A stretch of 64,000 nucleotides of DNA from Bdellovibrionales bacterium (GCA_041662785.1 JBAZRW010000001.1:375768-439767); one strand, 5' to 3'; positions 1 to 10,504 are shown, numbered from the stretch's first letter. The notes: generated from the sequence alone by a model not told the origin. Made by a program: numbers and translations.

Positions 1-779
1 AGCAATACCTGAAAGACGACCGCGCTTTGGAAAACTATTTGCTGTCCATCGGCAGCGAAAGCGCGGCGCTGACCCTTCACAACGGCAAGAGTTTTGCGGA
101 CGCTCCCTTGCGCGAGATGATTGAGCAAGCCCGCGTGATGAAAAACGCGCTAACGATTATCAATCAAAAAGTCGGCCACAAAACCATTGTTGAGCAAGCC
201 GCCATCGCAGGTGTTCTTAATGTTGACGTGATCGCCGACAAGGCCAAGGCCGAGGAAGCCGCCGCCTATGTCGCCAAACGTCTGAACGCCGTCGGCATCG
301 AGTCTGAGCGGGGTTGGAACGGCTCTGTCGCGCTAAACGGCGGGCTTTTGTTTACGCGCACGCGCCTTGGCGTTACCACGCGCTTTACGATTGATCCCGA
401 CACCCTGCGCTCTAGCGAAGCGCGGCGGCTGGACGGGATGACCGCCCTGTTACAGGATTGGTTTGAAGCGCCCGCTATGCTCTCGATCAAAGATCGCCCC
501 CCCGTGGCCATGGCAGGCCCCGCCGAGCTTATTGAGGCCATCACGCTGGAGGGTCGCCACAACTTGACGATCCAACGCTATAAAGGTCTGGGCGAAATGA
601 ACCCCGATCAGTTGTGGGAAACGACGCTCAACCCCGAAGCGCGGACACTCCTACAAGTTCGCGTCAACCAAGTGGACGAGGCCGAGCAAGTGTTCTCAAC
701 CTTGATGGGCGATGTGGTGGAGCCGCGCCGCGACTTCATCGTTGAAAACGCGCTGAATGCGTCGAATATCGACGCCTAG
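1..779 (+). CDS. gyrB: DNA gyrase subunit B, C-terminal part (5' end lies outside the window)
   Basis: The frame is open from the window edge. The C-terminal translation [29 protein letters not shown]...[15 protein letters not shown] is the conserved GyrB tail. Confidence 0.9.
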   Translation, partial: QYLKDDRALENYLLSIGSESAALTLHNGKSFADAPLREMIEQARVMKNALTIINQKVGHKTIVEQAAIAGVLNVDVIADKAKAEEAAAYVAKRLNAVGIESERGWNGSVALNGGLLFTRTRLGVTTRFTIDPDTLRSSEARRLDGMTALLQDWFEAPAMLSIKDRPPVAMAGPAELIEAITLEGRHNLTIQRYKGLGEMNPDQLWETTLNPEARTLLQVRVNQVDEAEQVFSTLMGDVVEPRRDFIVENALNASNIDA

Positions 780-827
780 GGCAAAGTGACTGGATTATAT
801 AGTGATCCACAATAAGACGATTCAAAT

Positions 828-920
828 AAACGGGATGCCCGTTTTCACGGGCATGACGGGGTTTTATGCCTTTAATTTAATCCTATATGCGTCATTCCCG
901 CGAAAGCGGGAATCCCGTTT
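828..920. repeat. Family-A palindromic (REP/BIME-like) element, inverted pair
   Basis: Left arm AAACGGGATGCCCGTTTTCACGGGCATGAC (828-857). Right arm GTCATTCCCGCGAAAGCGGGAATCCCGTTT (891-920). The same arm recurs at 9 other loci in this window. Confidence 0.8.
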
Positions 921-956
921 GTTTTCCTGTTTATAATCCACCTTATATTGGTTTTG

Positions 957-1319
957 TCATAACGTCGGGCGGTGTCCACCACACACTTTTAAAACGAGGG
1001 GTCCGCCACCTTGTCCACGTGCATAGGCCAAATCCGCCGCTGAGAGGGTGAAGTCATTTCTGGCGGCCAAATCGGCTCCCCAATGATGCAAAGCCATTAT
1101 CGCTTTAGCGCGTCCGTTTGCGCCCGCCAAGATTGCTGCCGTGTTACCAAACTGGTCTCTGGCCCCTAAGTTGGCCCCCGCGCTATAGGCGCGACGAAGC
1201 CCCCAAACATCGCCCTCTTTCGCGCAGGCTAAAAAGTGGGCATTAAGCCAATCCGGCTTTTCATAAGCCGCCATAAGGACGGTTTTACAAAGAGGAGTCC
1301 ACGGGAAATTCTTTTCCAT
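957..1319 (-). CDS. Ankyrin-repeat protein (120 aa)
   Basis: The translation shows ankyrin-like repeats: GANLGARDQFGNTAAILAGANGRAKAIMALHHWGADLAARNDFTLSAADLA. Confidence 0.7.
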   Translation of the reverse strand: MEKNFPWTPLCKTVLMAAYEKPDWLNAHFLACAKEGDVWGLRRAYSAGANLGARDQFGNTAAILAGANGRAKAIMALHHWGADLAARNDFTLSAADLAYARGQGGGPLVLKVCGGHRPTL

Positions 1320-1467
1320 TTTGCCAGTATCCTTTTTATCTATTGCGGAAAAATGCGGTGTTCGATGGATTCAACTATCCGCATTTCTCGCCTAAACGCA
1401 AATGTGTTTTTTGTTTTTTTGCACGTTTTTGCTTGGTTTTTGCGCAGTATGGTTAACACCCCAAAAT

Positions 1468-1494
1468 GGGGAGGCCGCCGCTTTGCAGCCTCCC
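1468..1494 (-). terminator. Putative intrinsic terminator downstream of the GNAT gene
   Basis: GGGAGGC...GCCTCCC hairpin about 20 nt past the stop at 1514. It is followed on the minus strand by a short T-run (ATTTT). Confidence 0.4.
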
Positions 1495-1513
1495 TACCAG
1501 AAAAAGAAAGCGA

Positions 1514-2125
1514 TTAAAAATCCGCCGCGGACAGCCGGTAGCGCATAAGGATCTTCGCGTGTTCGCCGCCGCCGCTTACTTCCGTCCACTCCGCCGCAGA
1601 GCAAAAGTTGTTTTGCTTAAACTTCTTTTGGCCACACGCATTGTCCTGTGCGACTTGCGCAAACAAAAAGGAGCAGCCTTTTTGCGCAGCCCAGCCCTTG
1701 GTCGCGGCGATCAGGTCAATCGCGATGCCGTTACCCCGCTTCAAAACACAAAGCGATTGCACCACCGCCACCGCCGAAAAGCCACTCGCCCGCCGGACGC
1801 TTCCGCCCTTATCGGGACACGTCACATGCTTGGCTTGATGCGCCATAAGCCAATTTGTCGAGCGAACGACGGCCACCATGCCGACAAGCTGCTCGCCTTG
1901 AACCGCGCCGAAAACAGCGCCCGTTTCTTTTGTCAGCAGCTCTTCGAAATAGGCGGCAGGCCGCGGCAAAAGCATATGCTTTTTGTCGTCGGGCAACTCG
2001 CTACGCGCCTGCGCGTGAAGGGCAAGGACAGGCGCGAGCCACTCTTGCGAGGTGAGGTGTACAATTATTGTCGGCGCGGCATCTGCCGCCGCCTCAAGCG
2101 AAACCATTTTTGTCATGAGGATCAA
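1514..2125 (-). CDS. GNAT-family N-acetyltransferase (203 aa)
   Basis: Acetyl-CoA-binding-like motif VLKRGNGIAIDLIAATKGWAAQKG (R-x-x-G-x-G/A). The overlapping plus-strand ORF 1466-2143 is Arg-rich and looks like an antisense artefact. Confidence 0.6.
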   Translation of the reverse strand: MILMTKMVSLEAAADAAPTIIVHLTSQEWLAPVLALHAQARSELPDDKKHMLLPRPAAYFEELLTKETGAVFGAVQGEQLVGMVAVVRSTNWLMAHQAKHVTCPDKGGSVRRASGFSAVAVVQSLCVLKRGNGIAIDLIAATKGWAAQKGCSFLFAQVAQDNACGQKKFKQNNFCSAAEWTEVSGGGEHAKILMRYRLSAADF

Positions 2126-2347
2126 CTTTCAATAAAAAATTAAATCAGTTAAAGGCGCGAAGGCCCTTAACGGCTGCTCTTTTAAAAAGTCTGAGAGAAA
2201 ATAAGACGGAGATTAGGCGACCATAAACCTTCTGTCAGACTTACCGCTGACAGAATCGTCGGAGTTGATGATAAGAAACGTTGTTCATGCCTAAATATCC
2301 TCTGTTGGGGCTATTCTAGCAAAAAACAAGGGGTGTCGCAAATGGTT

Positions 2348-3853
2348 TCATGCCTTGGCTAAAAGCTCACCCGCTAGTTTCTTGCCCAGCTCCACCCCGA
2401 ACTGGTCGAACGAGTTAATGTCCCACAGGACGCCCTGCACGAACACCTTGTGTTCATAAAGCGCCAAAAGCAGGCCCAGATGATACGGATCCAACCGGCT
2501 CATCCATAAAACGGTGGACGGTTTGTTGCCCGCGTTGGTGCGGGCGGGGTCGGCATCCACGCGCCCGCTTTTCAACGCCTCAATCTGCGCCATCATATGC
2601 GCCTGCAAAACGGCTGCGTGGTCGGGGCGGCTCATGTCGTCATGGCGCACGCCGATAAACTCGGCGGCTACACGGCCCGTCCCTTGGTGCAGCCATTGGT
2701 GGAAGCTGTGCTGGCCCACGCTGCCGCACTCCCCAAAGATCACGGGGCCGGTTTGATAATCAACGGCTTCGCCGCCGCGCGTCACGCTCTTGCCGTTGCT
2801 TTCCATGTTCAGCTGTTGCAGAAAACGCGGCAGCTCGCGCAAGCGCTCGCTATACGGCAAGACAGCCTCAGCCTCTGCGCCGCAGAAATTGCGATTCCAT
2901 ATCCCCACAAGGCCAAAGAGGACGGGCATGTTCGCCTCTAACGGCGCGGTGCGGAAATGCGCGTCCATCGCCGCCGCACCCGCCAGCAACTCCCGAAACG
3001 CGGGCCAACCCACGGCCAACGCGATGCTAAGCCCCACGGCAGACCACAGGCTGTAGCGCCCCCCCACCCAATCCCACATCGCGAACATATTGTCCGCCTT
3101 AATGCCAAAAAATTCGACCGCTTGCTTGTTCGTCGACACGGCCACAAAATGCCGCGCCACCGCCGCCTCACCAAGCGCGCTAACCAGCCACGCCCGCGCC
3201 GAGGACGCGTTGAGCAGCGTTTCCTGCGTCGTGAAGGTCTTGGACACAACAACAAAAAGGGTTGTTTCGGGATTAAGGTTTTCCACCACGCTGAGAAAAT
3301 CAAAGGGATCGACGTTCGCCACAAAATGAACGCGGGGGGTGGACGCCTGCGCACGCAAAGCACTGACGACAAAGCGCGGCCCTAAATCCGATCCCCCAAT
3401 GCCGATGTTCACAACGTCCGTGATAGCCTTGCCCGTTGCGCCGAGCCATTTTCCATCGCGCACATCGCTTGTGAACCTTTCCATCTTCGCGTGAAGAGCG
3501 CGGATCGCGGGAATCACGTTCTCGCCGTCCACAACAACCGGCGCATCACTTTGCACGCGCAAAGCGGTATGAAGAACAGCGCGGCCTTCCGTTGCGTTGA
3601 TCTTTTCGCCCGTGAACATTTTCTCGCGCATCGCCTCAACGCCTTGCTCTTTGGCCAGAGTCAACAACGTGTCCATGATTTCCGGCGTGATGGAACTGCG
3701 TGAAAAGTCGGCCTCTAGGCCTTCAACTTTTAGGGTCATGCGTCCTGCCCGAGCGGGATCGTGCGCGAACAAAGAGGCAAGGGTCACGCCCTTGTTTTCT
3801 CCATAAAGCTTTTGCAGGTTTTTCCAAGAGGCCTGCTGTGTCGGTTTTGTCAT
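2348..3853 (-). CDS. pgi: Glucose-6-phosphate isomerase
   Basis: 501-aa translation with PGI hallmarks (IGIGGSDLGPRF, SKTFTTQETL, ESNGK, GECGSVGQHSFHQ). Confidence 0.9.
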   Translation of the reverse strand: MTKPTQQASWKNLQKLYGENKGVTLASLFAHDPARAGRMTLKVEGLEADFSRSSITPEIMDTLLTLAKEQGVEAMREKMFTGEKINATEGRAVLHTALRVQSDAPVVVDGENVIPAIRALHAKMERFTSDVRDGKWLGATGKAITDVVNIGIGGSDLGPRFVVSALRAQASTPRVHFVANVDPFDFLSVVENLNPETTLFVVVSKTFTTQETLLNASSARAWLVSALGEAAVARHFVAVSTNKQAVEFFGIKADNMFAMWDWVGGRYSLWSAVGLSIALAVGWPAFRELLAGAAAMDAHFRTAPLEANMPVLFGLVGIWNRNFCGAEAEAVLPYSERLRELPRFLQQLNMESNGKSVTRGGEAVDYQTGPVIFGECGSVGQHSFHQWLHQGTGRVAAEFIGVRHDDMSRPDHAAVLQAHMMAQIEALKSGRVDADPARTNAGNKPSTVLWMSRLDPYHLGLLLALYEHKVFVQGVLWDINSFDQFGVELGKKLAGELLAKA

Positions 3854-3857
3854 AGCG

Positions 3858-5201
3858 TTATTCCTTTATAGGGTCTTGTGTTGTGTCGGGCGTGACGCCT
3901 TCCGGCGCGCCAACAAAAGAGAAACGAAGCTGCGCCGGATCAAACCACCGCTTGATGACGCGCACCACATCATCCCGCGTAACCGCGTCCACCAACGACG
4001 CATAACGATCCAGATAATCAATCCCCAGATTCTCTTGCTGCATCGCCAAAAGAGCCTCGGCAATCGCGTCTGTCGACGTGAGCGACAGCGGCGCGGAACC
4101 TTTCAGATACGCCTTGGCCTCCGCGACCTCGCCCGCGCTCACGCCGAGCTCATAAAAATCTTGCCAGACCGTTTGCATGAGCGCCAGCGCCTCCGCCGCC
4201 TTAGCGTTATCGACATCAAAGCCGCCCGCGAGAAGTGAGGCTTTATCCATGGCCGCAAGGCCGGTTGAGATTCCATAGGTCAACCCTTCCTTGGCACGTA
4301 CCGCCTTCATCAGCCGTGCGCTAAACCCGCCACCGCCCAGAATATAGTTGGCGACCTGCGCGGCATACCAGTCGGGATCGTCGCGGGGCATCATCGGTGC
4401 AGCAAAAGCAATCGTTGTCTGCGTTCCCTCACGCCGCGTCAGGATCGTCGCAGGCTTTTGCGAAAAGGCGACAGGCGCGATGGCGGGAACATCCGCCTTG
4501 GCGGGCAACGCGCCAAAGGTTTGATCCAGCCTTTGCCGTAAGGCCTCTAGCGTGATGTCTCCCACAACGGCAATCAGCAGATTGTCTTGTGCCAGATGTT
4601 TTTTCACGAAAGCAAGCGCGTCCTCACGCGTAAGGCGCTCCAAACTCGCCTTGGTTCCCAAGGAACGATAGACATAAGGATGATCGCCAAACAATTGCCC
4701 ATACAGCGCATAACGCGCCTGCCATGACGGTTTCGCCAGCTGCATCGTCACCGCCGTTTCTTGTTGCCCCCGCGCGCGCGCAAAAACACCGTCGTCAAAG
4801 CGCGGCTGCGTCAGCGCCAAGGCGAGCAGGCGAAACGCCTTCCCCTCGTGCCGAGAAAGCGTCTTGACCTCGCCCGCAATCGCATCGCGCGTCGCGCCGA
4901 TATCCATTGAAATAGACTGCGCTGCTAGTTTTTCTTGAAACGCCCCATCATCATACGCGCCCGCGCCCTGCGTCAAAAGGCCGCTCGTTAAAACAGCCAA
5001 CCCCTGTTTGTCTTCAGGATCGGTTTCCACGCCACCGCGAAAAGAAAAGCGCATGTTAATAAGCGGCAGCTTGCTGTCTTGAACCAGCCACGCTTTGATG
5101 CCCCTGGCACTGGTGACTTCGACCACATCAGGATTGGCGGCTTGAACAGGTGTGCCCCAAAAAAGCGCGAGGAAAAGAAGCGGGCTAAAAAAACGGTTCA
5201 T
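3858..5201 (-). CDS. M16-family (pitrilysin-like) peptidase, probably the non-catalytic partner
   Basis: 447 aa with a signal peptide and M16-like fold sequence but no HxxEH motif. Its start overlaps the stop of the upstream M16 gene by 4 nt. Confidence 0.8.
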   Translation of the reverse strand: MNRFFSPLLFLALFWGTPVQAANPDVVEVTSARGIKAWLVQDSKLPLINMRFSFRGGVETDPEDKQGLAVLTSGLLTQGAGAYDDGAFQEKLAAQSISMDIGATRDAIAGEVKTLSRHEGKAFRLLALALTQPRFDDGVFARARGQQETAVTMQLAKPSWQARYALYGQLFGDHPYVYRSLGTKASLERLTREDALAFVKKHLAQDNLLIAVVGDITLEALRQRLDQTFGALPAKADVPAIAPVAFSQKPATILTRREGTQTTIAFAAPMMPRDDPDWYAAQVANYILGGGGFSARLMKAVRAKEGLTYGISTGLAAMDKASLLAGGFDVDNAKAAEALALMQTVWQDFYELGVSAGEVAEAKAYLKGSAPLSLTSTDAIAEALLAMQQENLGIDYLDRYASLVDAVTRDDVVRVIKRWFDPAQLRFSFVGAPEGVTPDTTQDPIKE

Positions 5202-6568
5202 TCCGCCTCTCCTTTTTTTGCCGAAGGCGGCTCAAGGATACCGGTGACCCATCCCTTTTGCTTCATTACATCACGCAGCGCGGCATTGACCTGCGCAGGC
5301 GTGACGGCGCCGATGCGCTGCGGCCACGCCTCAACCTCCTCCACGGAAACGCCTACAGCCATGGCCTCACCCAAAATCTGGGCAGGCGCCAACAGGCGAT
5401 CCCGCGCAAAAACGGCACCGTCTTCCATCCGCTGTTTGGCGCGCGCGACCTCGGCAACGGCAAAGCCTGCCCTAGCTTTTTGCGCCAGCCACGCTTCAAT
5501 CTGTTTTTCTAAGGCCCTGACCTTTGTTGTCGCGGCGGGAACGGCCGACCACGAAAAGGTCGCAGGCCCCCGCGCCATCGGATCATAAGAAAAGCTAACG
5601 CCGCTAGCGCTTTTTTTCTCAAGCACAAAGTGTCGATAGAGAAGGCCCACTTCGCCACCACCAAGGATCTCAGCCAGAACCTCAAGCGCATAGGAACGCG
5701 GCGCGTCCATCCGTCGCGAGGGAGCGGGTACAAGCGCCATCACAGAAGGCTGCGTCACCCGCGCATCCTGCATTTCAACACGTTCGTTCTTGCTTTTAGG
5801 AACGAAGGGAAGCGCCGCTCTTTTTAAAGGCGCACCCCCTTTAACACGTCCAAACGTCGCCGCGGCATCCGCCAACATCTCGGCCATTGTGACGTTGCCG
5901 CTCACAAGAAGGATCGCGTTTTGAGGCGCATAAGAACGATCATAAAAGGCACGCGCATCATCAGGCGTCAGGCGGGCGACCTCGTCCCGCCTCCCAATGA
6001 CGGGGCGGCCATAAGGCTGCGAGGGAAACAACGCCGCCCGCATCTTTTCGGCAAAAAGACCCTGCGGGTGATTATCGGTGCGTTGCTGCCGTTCGCTTTT
6101 CACGACCGAAAGCTCTGAGGCCGCCTTGTCGGGATCAAGCACAAGGCCGCGCATCCGATCCGCTTCCATCTGCATCACAAGGGGGAGCTGTGCCGCGGCG
6201 ACCACTTCGTAATAGGCGGTGTAATCATAGGTCGTATACGCATTGTCATCGCCGCCTTGCGCGGCAACGGCTTTGCTGAACGCGCCATCGGGAACGGCCT
6301 GTGTTCCCTTAAACATCATGTGTTCAAGATAGTGAGCAAGGCCAGATCGTCCCGCCGGATCATCCGCCGCACCAATCTTATACATCACAACTTGTGCAAC
6401 AGCAGGCGACAGCTTGTTTTGAATAACGACAACCCGCATTCCGTTCGCCAGCGTCGCCGTTTGCGGAGAAAAAACCGCTGCCTGAGCGCTTGAGACAAGG
6501 CCCATTAAGACAAAAAAGAAAAGACCAATGCCCTGCGCCCCTTTTAGGGACATCACTGACCCAGCCAT
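5198..6568 (-). CDS. M16-family zinc peptidase (catalytic subunit)
   Basis: 456 aa with a signal peptide and the inverted zinc motif HYLEHMMFKG (HxxEH). Confidence 0.85.
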   Translation of the reverse strand: MAGSVMSLKGAQGIGLFFFVLMGLVSSAQAAVFSPQTATLANGMRVVVIQNKLSPAVAQVVMYKIGAADDPAGRSGLAHYLEHMMFKGTQAVPDGAFSKAVAAQGGDDNAYTTYDYTAYYEVVAAAQLPLVMQMEADRMRGLVLDPDKAASELSVVKSERQQRTDNHPQGLFAEKMRAALFPSQPYGRPVIGRRDEVARLTPDDARAFYDRSYAPQNAILLVSGNVTMAEMLADAAATFGRVKGGAPLKRAALPFVPKSKNERVEMQDARVTQPSVMALVPAPSRRMDAPRSYALEVLAEILGGGEVGLLYRHFVLEKKSASGVSFSYDPMARGPATFSWSAVPAATTKVRALEKQIEAWLAQKARAGFAVAEVARAKQRMEDGAVFARDRLLAPAQILGEAMAVGVSVEEVEAWPQRIGAVTPAQVNAALRDVMKQKGWVTGILEPPSAKKGEAE

Positions 6569-7110
6569 CCGCTTGAGCCTTTTTCGATAACTGGCGTCGC
6601 ACCCGCATTAATCGATGCTCCCTTTTCTTTCGCTTCCTTCAGGCGTTGGGCTTCCTCACCGGCATTCACGGTCGCTGATGCCGAGGAAGGCTCACGCCAC
6701 CACAACAGGTCATCGATTAGCTTTTTCGAGCCTACAATTTTTTGGGTCGTTTCACGATCGACAATCTCGCGAATGCCTGGCTCGGCCTTTGCCGCGCCCG
6801 CTGATGTAAGCAAGGCGTTTTCGGCATCCGATTTTTCTGTGCCGCCATCGGACGCAGAAGCGGGTTTCTGCGCAGTGCCACCAAACAGCGTTTCATTCGC
6901 CCGTGCGGGCATCGAGATTTCCTGCGGACGCGGCGCACCCGGCTGCGGCGGGCGCAAGCTAAAATCGGGCGGCAAAGACAGGGGGGGACGTTCCACCACC
7001 GCGAACTCGTCCGGCGGGTTGCGGCCAAACCCCAACGATTCCGAAGCGCCGCTGCAAGCCGATAAACAAAGGGCTGCGCCAAGAAGCGCCAGTGTCCGAA
7101 TGCATTGCAT
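6553..7110 (-). CDS. Lipoprotein, DUF3035-like (185 aa)
   Basis: Internal ATG at 7110 is preceded by GGGAGAG. Lipobox LCLSAC|SG. Pro-rich conserved stretch FGRNPPDEFAVVERPPLSLPPDF. The upstream 73 codons of the 258-aa ORF overlap lspA and look non-coding. Confidence 0.6.
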   Translation of the reverse strand: MQCIRTLALLGAALCLSACSGASESLGFGRNPPDEFAVVERPPLSLPPDFSLRPPQPGAPRPQEISMPARANETLFGGTAQKPASASDGGTEKSDAENALLTSAGAAKAEPGIREIVDRETTQKIVGSKKLIDDLLWWREPSSASATVNAGEEAQRLKEAKEKGASINAGATPVIEKGSSGWLGQ

Positions 7111-7132
7111 AGAGTCTCTCCCTTGATCCGAT

Positions 7133-7624
7133 TTATCGTTTATGGCGCTTTGCCGTGAAGTTTTCAAGAAGAAGCAGGCCAACGCCGATACAAATGGCGC
7201 TATCGGCCAGATTAAACGTGTACCAGTGATAGCCCGCATAGTGCAGATCGATAAAATCGACCACCGCATCAAAGCGCACGCGGTCAATGACATTGCCGAT
7301 GGCCCCCCCGATGACGGCCCCCAACCCAATGGCCGCGTGAAGCGTTGAGGCTTGAGAAAGCCAGCGCAACAAAAGAAGGGTGATCAAAAGCGCTGCCACA
7401 ATAAGAACATAAGGCATCCATGCGCCAACGTCATTCAAAAGACCGAACGTAACCCCTTTGTTCCAACTTAAGCGTAGGTTTAAAAAAGGGGTCACACGAT
7501 AAAAGGGCGTAGCATCAAAAGCAGAGGCCAAGAACATGCTTTTGCTAAACTGGTCGGCCAGAACGATCAAGGCCGCTAAATAGACGCCAATGTTAAAATA
7601 GGCCTTGCCCATACGCTTTCCCAT
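7133..7624 (-). CDS. lspA: Lipoprotein signal peptidase II
   Basis: 163-aa polytopic protein with NKGVTFGLL and GGAIGNVIDR...VVDFID motifs. Classic ileS-lspA synteny. Confidence 0.85.
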   Translation of the reverse strand: MGKRMGKAYFNIGVYLAALIVLADQFSKSMFLASAFDATPFYRVTPFLNLRLSWNKGVTFGLLNDVGAWMPYVLIVAALLITLLLLRWLSQASTLHAAIGLGAVIGGAIGNVIDRVRFDAVVDFIDLHYAGYHWYTFNLADSAICIGVGLLLLENFTAKRHKR

Positions 7625-7630
7625 GTCCTT

Positions 7631-10504
7631 TTATGCCACAACCTTGGCGCAACGAGGGCAAAGGCAAGCTTTGTTCACATCACCACGCACCTGCCAGCAC
7701 CGCTCACACTTTTCACCTTCCGCCAAGGACACAACCACGCCAACATCGGGTACGTCCGACAAGACAAACGCATCGGCAGGAGCCCCCTTTTCGCAAAGCG
7801 TGACGTTCGAGGCGATGCAAAGCTCGGCCATGTCCACGCCGCCCAAAAGCGCCGCCTGTTCTTTGCCGATAAATACCGTCGCCGCCGCCTGAAGGCTGGA
7901 TCCGATTTTTTTCTCGGCGCGGGCGATTTCCATCGCGCCCGTGACGACGCGGCGTAGGTCGCGCAGCGCCGCCCATTTTTTGCCCAGCGCGTCATCGCGC
8001 CATGCGGCGGGCACGTCCGGATAGGTCAGCAGATGCACGCTACCGTCCTGCGACGGATGACGGGCGAGATAGGCTTCCTCCGCCGTAAAGCACAACACGG
8101 GGGCGAGCCAGATCACAAGATGATCAAAGATCGACTCCATCACCGTGCGCACCGCACGACGGTTTTTATCAGACGGCACATCGCAATAAAGAGAGTCCTT
8201 GCGCACATCCAAGTAAAACGCCGACAAATCAACGGCGCAGAAATGGTGGAGCGTCTGCATCATGTGATTGTAGTCATAGGCCGCAATATCGGCGCGGATT
8301 GTCGCGTCCATCTCGGCAAGACGATGAAGAGTCCACCGCTCTAGCTCGGGCATATCTTTGGCGGGCAGCCGCTCTTGCTCGGTCATGCCGTCAAGAGCCC
8401 CCAGCAAATAGCGCAGCGTGTTGCGGAAGCGGCGATACAGATCGCCCGTTTGCTTCAGAATGTTGGGGCCAAGACCCAGATCTTGTGAATAGTCGGAAGA
8501 CAAAACCCAAAGGCGAAGAATATCCGCCCCCATATCATCCATAACCTTCAGCGGATCAATCACGTTGCCGATGGATTTGGATTGTTTAAATCCCTTTTCG
8601 TCCAACACAAAGCCATGCGTCAACACCGCCTTAAACGGGGCTTTCCCGCGCGAGCCACAGCCTTCCAAAAGCGAGGAGTGGAACCAGCCACGATGCTGAT
8701 CTGATCCTTCTAAATACAAGTCCGCAGGCCATGTCAGGTTTGGCCATTCAGGATTCGGCAAGGTTTGATCAAGGACAAAACTGTGCGTGGAGCCGGATTC
8801 AAACCACACATCCACAATATCAAAAACTTGATCGAAGTCGTCGGCTTTATAGGCGCTGCCCAAAAACTCTTGCGCCGGATGCGTGTACCATGCGTCCGCG
8901 CCATCAGCCTCAAAAGCCATCGCAATGCGGTCCAACACCGCCGGATCCTTAAGCGGAGCCTTTGTCTTTTTGTCCACAAACAAGGCGATGGGCACGCCCC
9001 ATACGCGTTGGCGGCTGATGCACCAGTCCATGCGCGATTCAATCATGCCGCGAATACGGTTTTCGCCAACGGCAGGATACCACTGCGTCTCACCAATCGC
9101 CGTTAGCGCTAGCTCTCGCAAGGATTTTCCCGTCTTGCCAACCTTGACTTCATCCAGCGCCACAAACCATTGCGGCGTTGTGCGAAAGATCAGCGGCGCT
9201 TTTGACCGCCACGAATGGGGATAACTGTGCGTAATGTTTTTCTTGGCGAGCAGCGCGCCCGCATGGGCGAGCGCACGAATGACGGCAACGTTCGCCTCCC
9301 CCGCCTTGCCGTCGGGCGTATAGACGTAAAGCCCCTCAAAGCCCTTGACGTTGGGCAGATAGCGGCCATCCGCATCGACGGTCGGCTCAAACTTCACTTT
9401 ATACTTGCGCCCAAGATTATAATCGTCCTCGCCATGGCCGGGTGCGATATGAACAAAGCCCGTGCCCGCGTCCGTCGTGACAAAATCGCCGTGATAGAGG
9501 CACACGTCATAATCAAAAGCGTTTTCGCTGCCCAAACGGCCACGGAACGGATGGGCGCACACGACGCCTTCCAAATCTTCGCCACGAAGCTCTTCCGCCA
9601 AAACGGTCTTGGCCGTGATTTTTGCCTCCGCGCAAAAGGCATTGACCAAGTCCGCTGCAACGACCAAGCGGTCGCCTACTTGCGCCGCCGCTCCTTCGTC
9701 CGCGCCGTCCACTTGGATCAGCGCATAGGCAAAAGCGCCAAACGCGATGGCGCGATTAGCCGGAATTGTCCACGGCGTTGTTGTCCAAATGACGATGCCC
9801 GCTCCCTCTAGGGCCTTATTTTTTGCGGCTATAACAGGGAAACGAATCCACAGCGTCGTCGATTTATGATCGTGATATTCGATTTCCGCTTCGGCTAAGG
9901 CCGTCTTTTCCACCACCGACCACATGACGGGGCGCTCCCCTTTATAAAGGAGCCCCTCCTTCAAAAACTTGTGAATCTCGCGCACAATTTGCGCTTCGGC
10001 ACGAAAGCTCATCGTCGTGTAGGGGTGCACCCAATCGCCAACAACGCCAAGACGCTGGAAGTCGGTAGACTGCACGCCCGTCCAATGCGCCGCAAAGGCG
10101 CGACATTCAGCGCGGAATTGGGGAACGGGGATTGAGTCCTTGTCCTGCCCCTTGGCGCGATACTGCTCTTCAATCTTCCATTCAATCGGCAGGCCGTGAC
10201 AATCCCAGCCAGGCACATACGGCGCATCAAAGCCCAACATCTGATGCGTGCGATTGACAACGTCTTTCAATGTTTTGTTAAGGGCGTGCCCCAAATGAAT
10301 ATGCCCGTTGGCGAAGGGAGGGCCATCATGCAGGACAAACTTCTTGCGCCCCTTGGCTTGCTCCCTCAACCGGTCATAAAGGCCCAGTTTCTGCCACCGC
10401 GCCAAAAGCTCTGGTTCCTTCACGGGCAAGCTGCCGCGCATCGGGAAGTCCGTTTTGGGGAGAAAGACGCTATCGCGATAATCTTTGTTTTCTACGTTTG
10501 ACAT
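7631..10504 (-). CDS. ileS: Isoleucyl-tRNA synthetase
   Basis: HIGH-type motif PFANGHIHLGH and KMSKS-type motif KQSKS. C-terminal Zn finger CERCWQ...CPRC. The likely start is the second ATG (MSNVENKDYRDSVFLPKTDFPMRG); the ORF extends to 10543. Confidence 0.95.
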   Translation of the reverse strand: MSNVENKDYRDSVFLPKTDFPMRGSLPVKEPELLARWQKLGLYDRLREQAKGRKKFVLHDGPPFANGHIHLGHALNKTLKDVVNRTHQMLGFDAPYVPGWDCHGLPIEWKIEEQYRAKGQDKDSIPVPQFRAECRAFAAHWTGVQSTDFQRLGVVGDWVHPYTTMSFRAEAQIVREIHKFLKEGLLYKGERPVMWSVVEKTALAEAEIEYHDHKSTTLWIRFPVIAAKNKALEGAGIVIWTTTPWTIPANRAIAFGAFAYALIQVDGADEGAAAQVGDRLVVAADLVNAFCAEAKITAKTVLAEELRGEDLEGVVCAHPFRGRLGSENAFDYDVCLYHGDFVTTDAGTGFVHIAPGHGEDDYNLGRKYKVKFEPTVDADGRYLPNVKGFEGLYVYTPDGKAGEANVAVIRALAHAGALLAKKNITHSYPHSWRSKAPLIFRTTPQWFVALDEVKVGKTGKSLRELALTAIGETQWYPAVGENRIRGMIESRMDWCISRQRVWGVPIALFVDKKTKAPLKDPAVLDRIAMAFEADGADAWYTHPAQEFLGSAYKADDFDQVFDIVDVWFESGSTHSFVLDQTLPNPEWPNLTWPADLYLEGSDQHRGWFHSSLLEGCGSRGKAPFKAVLTHGFVLDEKGFKQSKSIGNVIDPLKVMDDMGADILRLWVLSSDYSQDLGLGPNILKQTGDLYRRFRNTLRYLLGALDGMTEQERLPAKDMPELERWTLHRLAEMDATIRADIAAYDYNHMMQTLHHFCAVDLSAFYLDVRKDSLYCDVPSDKNRRAVRTVMESIFDHLVIWLAPVLCFTAEEAYLARHPSQDGSVHLLTYPDVPAAWRDDALGKKWAALRDLRRVVTGAMEIARAEKKIGSSLQAAATVFIGKEQAALLGGVDMAELCIASNVTLCEKGAPADAFVLSDVPDVGVVVSLAEGEKCERCWQVRGDVNKACLCPRCAKVVA

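Noticed and set aside
1466-2143. 225-aa plus-strand ORF opposite the GNAT gene
   Set aside because: It is Arg-rich and low-complexity, while the minus-strand frame carries a GNAT acetyl-CoA motif.
2232-2255. 8-bp inverted repeat TCTGTCAG-N8-CTGACAGA between pgi and the GNAT gene
   Set aside because: It has no flanking T-run and no second copy in the window. It could be an operator or chance, and the evidence is insufficient.
6553-7329. Full 258-aa version of the lipoprotein ORF
   Set aside because: The first 73 codons overlap lspA and precede a perfect signal peptide and lipobox start at 7110 that has its own Shine-Dalgarno sequence.
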